A DNA stretch of 64,000 nt from Candidatus Hermodarchaeota archaeon (GTDB taxonomy: Archaea > Asgardarchaeota > Hermodarchaeia > Hermodarchaeales > Hermodarchaeaceae), in the NCBI GenBank assembly GCA_016840065.1, contig JAEOTB010000054.1, positions 1-64,000 of the forward strand. The letters run 5' to 3'. Of the stretch, positions 57,355-64,000 are shown in pieces. The notes beneath the pieces were generated by a model. It was not told the origin of the DNA. It did no database searches and saw only the letters and a list, made by a program, of their open reading frames with translations. The first letter of the stretch is position 1, and each line of letters starts with the position of its first letter. The position numbers were made by a program, and so were the translations under genes.

Positions 57355-58026
57355 GTGGTGGTTCCTTTGGTTTCCTTCACCCCTTCTTCGCTACGTAGGA
57401 TGGGCTTTGTCCCTGGAACTGTCGTGGAGACTATTCTTACTACCATCGCATCAGATGGCACACCGAATGCTGCACCAATGGGGGTCTGGGTTCATCCAGG
57501 CTCAAATCTGGTAATCCGTCCCTATGCTGAGACACAGACTGCCAAGAACCTGCTTGAGGTACCGGAGGCGGTCATCAATATCACCGATGACTCACGCATC
57601 TTCTTCAATACTGCGTTCAAACGCCGTGGAACCGATACGGAGGACTTCTTTTTTGACCCCTCAAAGAGTGTAAGACCACCACGGCTTCGTGGGATGCTTG
57701 GCTATCTTGAGGTGGAGATTGAGGAACCTCTGAAGCCCCAAGAAATAGAGAATCCCCTTGAGTATGAATGCAAGATAAAGGAGGTGGATGCTCCTTCTAG
57801 GCTACCTCAGGTCTACTCACGGGCTCGTTTTGCTGCTATCGAATCTGTGATTCATGCTACTAGGATTGTTGCTTTATCTGATTCTGATCCTGACCTAACA
57901 GAGAGACTTTACAGGCTCGTCCAGGAATATCACAGTCTAGTTCACCGTATTGCACCGAATTCGGTTCATTCAGGTGTGGTGGACGATGTTCTATATCTAG
58001 TAAAACAGTTGGTATATTGGCTATGA
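57355..58026 (+). CDS. DUF447 family protein (flavin-binding split-barrel-like)
   Basis: ETILTT...G.PNAAPMGV, PY..TQT..NL, A.IESVIHATR; stop overlaps the next ATG (ATGA). Confidence 0.85.
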   Translation: MVVPLVSFTPSSLRRMGFVPGTVVETILTTIASDGTPNAAPMGVWVHPGSNLVIRPYAETQTAKNLLEVPEAVINITDDSRIFFNTAFKRRGTDTEDFFFDPSKSVRPPRLRGMLGYLEVEIEEPLKPQEIENPLEYECKIKEVDAPSRLPQVYSRARFAAIESVIHATRIVALSDSDPDLTERLYRLVQEYHSLVHRIAPNSVHSGVVDDVLYLVKQLVYWL

Positions 58027-59021
58027 CCTCTGACAACAGGACTGTCACAGTGGAAGCCGGGGCACGCCTTCACCTTGGGTTCATCGACCCTCTGGGAGGA
58101 TCGGGGCGCAGGTATGGCTCCCTGGGCGTAGCCATTCGCCGTCCATTCTTCTCCCTAACTGCTGAGCGTATGAAGCGCGGTGTTTCAGTGAAAGGCCCTT
58201 CAGGTCAGCGCGTTCGAAATCTTGTGAGAATTTACAAGAGGTACTTCGAATATACTGGAGGATTGAGGGTTACAGTCCATGAGGAAATCCCAGAACATAT
58301 TGGGTTAGGATCGGGAACACAGATGTCGCTAGCCTTAGGCACAGCCTTCGCAACTCTATTGGAACAAGAGGTGAACATCCAAGAACTGGCTAAAACAACC
58401 GGACGAGGTGAAGTTTCTGGAGTCGGTACAGCCACCTTTGAGAAAGGCGGATTTGTCATCGATGGAGGTATCCCAGTTCCAACAGAAGACAAGGATGCTA
58501 AGGTTGCTGAAGGCTATGTACCATCCCTTCTTTTCCATCATGAGGTACCAAAGGATTGGGTGTTTATAGTTGCACTACCGAATATCCCCCGTGGCTTCAG
58601 TGGTACCGCAGAAGAGCAGGCATTCTCCAGGATGTCACCAGCCCAGGCGGAAGAATCTAATGAGATTGGCAGGCTTGTGTTGATGCAGCTCCTGCCTGCT
58701 CTGGTTGAAGACGATATCATTGGCTTTGGGCGGGCACTGACTACAATTCAGCGGCTCGTTGGGGATTGTTTTGCCCAGGCCCAGGGTGGACGTTTCGCAA
58801 ATCCAGTGATTGCTACATGTATCACAGCTATGCTTGAAGCGGGAGCCTACGGTGCAGGGCAGAGTTCTTGGGGACCTGCCTGCTATGGACTGTCAAGAGG
58901 TTCTACCGCTGTGATGGCAATCAAGCAGGCTATCTCCCGGGTTTTGGATGCCACAAGTGGTGGCACAATCATTACTACTCAGGCTAACAATTATGGTGCT
59001 CGTGTAATCACTTCACCATAA
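58023..59021 (+). CDS. mptG: Beta-ribofuranosylaminobenzene 5'-phosphate (RFAP) synthase, GHMP fold
   Basis: ARLHLGFID, YGSLGVA, PEHIGLGSGTQ, GRG..SGVG, F..GGF.IDGG, GQSSWGP, N.GA. Confidence 0.9.
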   Translation: MTSDNRTVTVEAGARLHLGFIDPLGGSGRRYGSLGVAIRRPFFSLTAERMKRGVSVKGPSGQRVRNLVRIYKRYFEYTGGLRVTVHEEIPEHIGLGSGTQMSLALGTAFATLLEQEVNIQELAKTTGRGEVSGVGTATFEKGGFVIDGGIPVPTEDKDAKVAEGYVPSLLFHHEVPKDWVFIVALPNIPRGFSGTAEEQAFSRMSPAQAEESNEIGRLVLMQLLPALVEDDIIGFGRALTTIQRLVGDCFAQAQGGRFANPVIATCITAMLEAGAYGAGQSSWGPACYGLSRGSTAVMAIKQAISRVLDATSGGTIITTQANNYGARVITSP

Positions 59022-59059
59022 CGCTTTATGCTTCCCTTGTTGGAGCCCTGTTTGGGCTG

Positions 59060-60157
59060 CTAGGCTTCTTTATACATTTGGCGAATCATTTTTGCCTGTG
59101 GTAATGAAATCCAGTCCAGCACTGAGCCGCCGCATTCTCTTAGTTGCATCGCCTCAATAATTTCCTCGTAGGGCCCTCCTGCAAGGCCATCAGCAAATAT
59201 TGCTGCACCCTGAGCAGCCTCTTTGGATTTGTCTCCCAACCGAGCTATCTGTCTTACTGGGACACCAAACTGGGTCATGCGTTTTTCTAGGTCTTTGGCT
59301 AGCTTGCCTACCCGAGTGAGTCGCCCTGAGAGGAGGATTTCTCGTACATCAGGCACTGCTACCTTTAGCTGAGCTACGGCTTTTGCAAGTCCTTCAGCGA
59401 CGCCATTCCAAGCTGCTTGTGCTCTTTTGTCACCTTTGGCAAGGCGTTTCGCGAAATCTTCTGGGCTAAGATTCGGTTCACCCATCATCGAGAGAACCCC
59501 TCCTTGGAAGAGGGTGCCTTTAGAGAAGCCGCGAAGCAGATAGGCGAGTTCACCGTCCATTCCACCAAGAGTTAGGAAGCCTGGACCACCGATTGTGCCT
59601 CCGACGCCGTCAACGACTAATCCCTTGTCGGCAGCCATCGCCGCTGGGTAACCGTATCCTAGCTCAACAACGATTACTGATGTCTCGTTATAGGGGATGC
59701 CAAGACGTTTGGCTTGGTCATAAACGCCAAGTATTGTGCAGCATAATTTGTCTGCTGTGCCGAGGTCGATGCGGTTATGCTTCCGCCATACTGGGACAGA
59801 GTCAAGGTGGATTACGCCTGGGATGAACATCATTTCAATATCGGATTTCTGAACTAGACGCACCATGTCCTTGATAGCTTCTAACACTGGTATCTTGTCA
59901 TCGTCGTGGCGTACAAGGACTAGCTGGAAGAATTCTTCGTCTTCAACCTCTTCAGAGTAGAGAAGTGGAAGGCCATATCCGCTGGGTCCAACTACAAGAT
60001 CGATGTCGCCAGCTTTGTTAATCACATCAAGGATGCATTGGGGGTCCTTGGCCACATCCACGCTTGTGATGCTCGACTCGAGGAACACCTTCCCATCCTC
60101 AAGTCCACAGAAATCAAAACTACGAGTACCTGGGTCAATACCAATTACGCGAACCAT
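59060..60157 (-). CDS. DUF1464 family protein (ASKHA/butyrate-kinase-like fold)
   Basis: IGIDPGTRSFD.CGL.DG, GPSGYG.P, PGVIHL..VP..RK.N.IDLGTADKL, VDGVGGT, DGELAY, SGR, KEAAQGAA..ADGLAGG. Confidence 0.85.
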   Translation of the reverse strand: MVRVIGIDPGTRSFDFCGLEDGKVFLESSITSVDVAKDPQCILDVINKAGDIDLVVGPSGYGLPLLYSEEVEDEEFFQLVLVRHDDDKIPVLEAIKDMVRLVQKSDIEMMFIPGVIHLDSVPVWRKHNRIDLGTADKLCCTILGVYDQAKRLGIPYNETSVIVVELGYGYPAAMAADKGLVVDGVGGTIGGPGFLTLGGMDGELAYLLRGFSKGTLFQGGVLSMMGEPNLSPEDFAKRLAKGDKRAQAAWNGVAEGLAKAVAQLKVAVPDVREILLSGRLTRVGKLAKDLEKRMTQFGVPVRQIARLGDKSKEAAQGAAIFADGLAGGPYEEIIEAMQLRECGGSVLDWISLPQAKMIRQMYKEA

Positions 60158-60406
60158 TTTTTCCGAACCTCATCATATGATTGATCTCTTGTCACTATCG
60201 AGTCTTCGAGGTTCTTGTTACTTAAACATTTGTCCTTTCCTCTCATCAACAAGTACAAAAAGCTAGAAACAAATAGCCTCTGATTGTGGCTTGGTTTAGT
60301 ACTGCTTTCTAATAGTTAAAAGATTTTATACGCGAATAACTATAGGTCTATTGCAGATAGCTTCGGCGGACGCGTATGAGGAACGCGTTTTAGGTCGTGA
60401 GGAAAG

Positions 60407-61219
60407 ATGTCGTTTTCGGGTCTAGTCAAGAAACACTGGGTCTATGTTCTTGTAGTAATAATTGCGGTGATTATAGGCGTTCTTGGCGTCCTAAATCCAG
60501 TAACCCTGCCGAACCCCCTTGAAGGGTTGCCTTTCGAAGACGTAATGCTTCTAGGTCTTTCGATGAACTCACTGATTCTACTTTGGGGCGTAGCCATCTA
60601 CCTGTTTTATCGATGGGTGATTACTGGGCAGCAGATATCATCGACACTATGTTGGGCGATAGCATTCCTAGTCTATGGATTTCTCTTTGTTGCCATGAGT
60701 GCCCAAGCCCTTGGTGTACCATGGGCCAACATGAAAAACGCACTGGTCTTCTTCGAGTTTCGCCAAGCGATGATCTGGTTCCTCGCCTTCCTCTGGCTCG
60801 GAGTCGCCATGCGACTGACTGAGAACTCACAGGTTCGCTATATCCCAGCTATATTGATAGTAGGTGTGAGTTATGTCTGGTTCGCATGGTGCTTGATTTC
60901 TCTCTATGGTGTCGTTCCCGATAACGTCTTGATTGATACGATTATGTATGGCTTTACCTTCGGTGTCCTGATTCCCGTTTGCTTCACGCTCGCGTACAGT
61001 TTCTTCCTTTATGGCCGCAAAGGAGGAATCAAAGCGCCCTATTACCTTGCTGCTGGGTTCACTTGGCTGGGCTTAACTTATGGCAGCTGGGCTCCGTGGC
61101 ATGGAACCAGTTTCTATTTCATCTGCTATTTCCTGTTCATGATATCACTAATACTCATAGCCATAGGCTTTTTGATGTTGTCAAGAGACGTGGAGCTCCA
61201 ACGGCTTCGTTCAAGATAG
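60407..61219 (+). CDS. Polytopic membrane protein (N-terminal anchor plus 7 TM), no soluble domain
   Basis: Eight hydrophobic segments with short loops. Confidence 0.75.
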   Translation: MSFSGLVKKHWVYVLVVIIAVIIGVLGVLNPVTLPNPLEGLPFEDVMLLGLSMNSLILLWGVAIYLFYRWVITGQQISSTLCWAIAFLVYGFLFVAMSAQALGVPWANMKNALVFFEFRQAMIWFLAFLWLGVAMRLTENSQVRYIPAILIVGVSYVWFAWCLISLYGVVPDNVLIDTIMYGFTFGVLIPVCFTLAYSFFLYGRKGGIKAPYYLAAGFTWLGLTYGSWAPWHGTSFYFICYFLFMISLILIAIGFLMLSRDVELQRLRSR

Positions 61220-61294
61220 ACCACGTATAAAACGAAGAATCTTACCAGGTGAAATACCTAGGATTAGTTCAAGTAATTCGTTCGATATGCTAGT

Positions 61295-61333
61295 AAAAAG
61301 AAAAGAGAGGAAAGAGAGGCGACTCCTCTTTCC
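61295..61333 (-). terminator. Hairpin plus T-rich tract downstream of 61356..61859
   Basis: GGAAAGAG (61309-61316) pairs with CTCTTTCC (61326-61333); A-rich run at 61295-61308 is T-rich on the - strand. Confidence 0.6.
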
Positions 61334-61355
61334 ATTTGTACATCCAAGGAAGGTT

Positions 61356-61859
61356 CTATTTTCGGAAGTAGGTCAATGAAGGATCTGGTCTGCCGACAAA
61401 GCAGATGTATCTGAATCCGTATTTCTTGATGATATTGAAAGCCTGTCTAGCTTCTCCAGCGTTGCTCTCAAAGTCCATGATCCAATGTGATCCCTCGACA
61501 ATCTTCCATCGTCCATTGATTTCCTTTACTTCGATATTGGCTGGGTTGAAGCCGATTGCGTCTTCACCCGGGAATGGACCAGAGGGAGCCATTCTGCCAA
61601 CGAGGAAGTAGGTCATCGAAGGGTCAGGTCGTCCCACAAAGCAACTTCGGTTCATCCGGTAGTGCTTGATGATGGAAAAAGCTAGTCTAGCCTCTGCTTC
61701 GAGGTTTTCAAAGTCGAGAAGCCAACGGCGTCCTTGAATGATTTTCCAGCGTCCACGGACTTTTTTGACTTCGATTCGGTCGGGGTTGAAAGTAAGGCAG
61801 TCTTCTCTGACTGGTCTACGTATTTTTAGTCGTCCTTGCCATCTTGGTGGTCTACTCAT
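61356..61859 (-). CDS. Hypothetical protein built from two ~75-aa internal repeats
   Basis: ED...FNP..IEVK...GRWKI..G..W..DFE....EAR.AF.IIK.Y.....CFVGRPDPS.TYF occurs twice. Confidence 0.8.
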   Translation of the reverse strand: MSRPPRWQGRLKIRRPVREDCLTFNPDRIEVKKVRGRWKIIQGRRWLLDFENLEAEARLAFSIIKHYRMNRSCFVGRPDPSMTYFLVGRMAPSGPFPGEDAIGFNPANIEVKEINGRWKIVEGSHWIMDFESNAGEARQAFNIIKKYGFRYICFVGRPDPSLTYFRK

Positions 61860-61915
61860 ATTCAGTTCACCGTTTATCTTCGGGTCTTGCGTGGTTTATA
61901 TCTGCTTTCTTTTTC

Positions 61916-62884
61916 CTATTGGTCTTGAATTTGTAGTCCGAGGCGTGTGAAGAAATCGTTTAGGTCGATGTTTCCGCCGCTGATTATGACTCCGATTTTC
62001 TGGTCCTCCATAGGTAATCCGCTGTAAAGGAGTCCTGCCATGGAAACGGCGCCTGAGGGCTCTACGACGAGTTTCATTCGTTCCCATAGTATTCTCATCG
62101 CGACGAGTATTTCCTTTTCTGATACAGTGACGATGTCGTCGACCTTGTCACTGATTATTTTGAACGTGTGGCTTCCCAATGATGTGCGAAGGCCATCGGC
62201 TATCGTCTTGGGGTCAATTGAGGGGAGTATTTTACCTTCCTTAAGAGAACGGTAGGCGTCATCGGCGTTTTTGGGTTCCACACCGATTACATTCGCGTCT
62301 GGGCAAAGCCCCTTGGTTGCGATTGCTGTACCGCTTAGTAGTCCGCCTCCCCCAACTGGTGCGAAAATCCAGTCTAACGGACCGACTTCTTTTATCAGCT
62401 CATAAGCTGCTGTGCCGGCGCCGTGGATGACACGGAGATCATTGTAAGGGTGGATTAGGGTGTAGCCATGTTCTTCAATGAGTTCTGTTGTTCTCTTTTC
62501 ACGGTCAGCTGCAGAATTGCCACAGGTTATGATTTTTGCGCCGTAGCCGCGAGTTGCTTCCATCTTTATTGGTGATGAATTCTTTGGCATGACTATTGTA
62601 GCTTTGACGCCAAGCAGTATTGCAGCTAATGCCACTGCCTGTGCGTGGTTGCCTGAGGAGTGGGTAATGACTCCCTTTCGTCGCTCCGTTGTGGACAGCT
62701 GACTGATGGCGTTGTAGGCTCCTCTGAACTTGAAGGCACCAACCCGCTGGAAGTTTTCGCACTTGAAAAACACCTCTCCACCTGTAAGAGTGTTTACAGT
62801 CCGGCTAGTCATAACGGGAGTGTGATGAGTGACCTGTCGAATCCTGGCAAGGGCAGCTTCTACTTCTTCAAACATCTTGGACAC
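61916..62884 (-). CDS. PLP-dependent threonine/serine dehydratase or serine racemase-like enzyme (fold II, no ACT domain)
   Basis: TPV, FKCENFQRVGAFKFRGA, SSGNHAQ, PVGGGGL, TIADG, EPSGA, ISGGN. Confidence 0.9.
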   Translation of the reverse strand: MSKMFEEVEAALARIRQVTHHTPVMTSRTVNTLTGGEVFFKCENFQRVGAFKFRGAYNAISQLSTTERRKGVITHSSGNHAQAVALAAILLGVKATIVMPKNSSPIKMEATRGYGAKIITCGNSAADREKRTTELIEEHGYTLIHPYNDLRVIHGAGTAAYELIKEVGPLDWIFAPVGGGGLLSGTAIATKGLCPDANVIGVEPKNADDAYRSLKEGKILPSIDPKTIADGLRTSLGSHTFKIISDKVDDIVTVSEKEILVAMRILWERMKLVVEPSGAVSMAGLLYSGLPMEDQKIGVIISGGNIDLNDFFTRLGLQIQDQ

Positions 62885-62927
62885 AACATTCGCTGAAGCA
62901 ACGAAGGAATATAGCGTTTCCTATCCA

Positions 62928-64000
62928 CTAGCCTTTCGGTAGTGGACGGAGTTGCTTGTAAATCGATTCAACGGTTTGCCATGCACCTTCTAGTGCCTCT
63001 TTATGGGTTGAAGCCACAGAATTCACAGTGCAGATAGGGTCCCCAAAGCCTGCGTGGCTACCTGGGATTGGAATATCCACGACATCAGGAATGAATCTAA
63101 GATCGGGAATCTCACAATGTTCCCGAGCGTAAACGATGATACGAGCACAGCTAGATGTGTGCAGAGGCGCCTCATCTGGGAGGTTTCCTTCGCAGGCAGC
63201 AAGATGTTGTTTCACTTGGTTGACACCCGTCGTTAGTTCTATGGCTTCAATGGTAGCCTGAAAACGGGGGTTAATTTCCATGAAATAAGGTGTGCCGTCT
63301 TGTGTAATTACAAAGTCGAGTCCGTTACTTCCTAGAAGTCCAAGGCTCTCAGTCATCTCTTCTGCTGTCGAAGCAAGGCCTGATAAGATAGAGGAGTCCG
63401 CCTTTAGAGGGATTACATTTCCACAGTAGGCTTTAGTGCGTTCTCGCCCCAGCTCTGGAAGCCCGATTAGTTGTTCATTGACTGAGACGGCACATGCTCT
63501 TTGACCAGTCCCGAGGACTGAGACACTGGCGTCTGTTCCTACTACTAGTTCCTGTACAATAACGGGCACTGAATCGAACGCATGATGAATCGCATAGCTG
63601 GCGGCTTCTTCTTCGGTACGTAGAACTCTGGTGTAGAAGCCACCGCTCCCATGATAGGGTTTGACAACGACTGGAAGAGCCAGTCTAGTAACTGCGTTCT
63701 TGAAGGTCTTTCGGGATTTTGCTGACTCTCCTACTGGAATTTCCGCGCCACAGCGCTGGGCCAAGTCAGCTGTTGCCTTGCGGTCGCGTGCAGATTTCAA
63801 GAGTTCAGGTGTATTACCTGTAAGAGGTCCAAGATTTGTTAGTGCCTCCCATTCAGTGGGGTTGTCATCGAAGCCCCCACCAACTAGTACATGCTGAACC
63901 CCACCACGCCCTATAAGGATTTGTTCTGCGCCCTCAATTAGTGTCTGTGTTGTGGGAATCGATGGACGGTCTGGACGTGCATCGGGTTGCTGGTCGAGCA
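62928..64000 (-). CDS. ATP-grasp carboligase (COG2232-like), 5' end outside the window
   Basis: Frame stays open to the window edge (...GGGFDD...GNTPE...RD); VVKP..GSGG, QE.V.G..ASVS, YCGN..P, L.GSNGLDF, EINPRFQ, G.PICTV. Confidence 0.82.
   Translation of the reverse strand, partial: LDQQPDARPDRPSIPTTQTLIEGAEQILIGRGGVQHVLVGGGFDDNPTEWEALTNLGPLTGNTPELLKSARDRKATADLAQRCGAEIPVGESAKSRKTFKNAVTRLALPVVVKPYHGSGGFYTRVLRTEEEAASYAIHHAFDSVPVIVQELVVGTDASVSVLGTGQRACAVSVNEQLIGLPELGRERTKAYCGNVIPLKADSSILSGLASTAEEMTESLGLLGSNGLDFVITQDGTPYFMEINPRFQATIEAIELTTGVNQVKQHLAACEGNLPDEAPLHTSSCARIIVYAREHCEIPDLRFIPDVVDIPIPGSHAGFGDPICTVNSVASTHKEALEGAWQTVESIYKQLRPLPKG

Noticed and set aside
60407-61219. Microbial rhodopsin or heliorhodopsin
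   Set aside because: No retinal-binding Lys in the last TM helix.

Overview
Chromosomal window of an Asgard archaeon (Promethearchaeati). This assignment is inferred from a longin-domain protein, a gelsolin-like protein, a Rab-like small GTPase, and NosD/CASH beta-helix proteins with the GWPGxGTxxNPYRIENL motif typical of Thor-/Hermod-like genomes. One third of the window is a single 21.3-kb gene for a 7109-aa type-I membrane protein. Its ectodomain holds 40 Ig-like domains arranged as ten copies of a four-domain, 402-aa (1206-nt) super-repeat. Each domain has exactly one Cys (CPxGG[D/N]Q), an invariant linker His and a DxD motif. The cytoplasmic tail is Pro/Glu-rich and flanked by a duplicated helical motif. 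Next come eukaryotic-signature-like genes (longin-coiled coil, gelsolin-X, zinc-ribbon/CdvA-like, small GTPase) and a divergent hsp20/ArsR-type regulator pair with HSR1/Phr-type CTAAC-N5-GTTAG operators. These are followed by a lipid-linked glycosylation cluster (GT2, nucleotidyltransferase, flippase-like, DUF362, GT-C-like proteins) and a methanopterin-type cofactor biosynthesis cluster (mptA, mptE, DHPS-like, DUF447, beta-RFAP synthase, DUF1464, ATP-grasp) split by an accessory block that contains a truncated FAD oxidoreductase. No rRNA, tRNA, CRISPR array or transposase was recognised. All family calls are by-eye motif recognition, not database searches.
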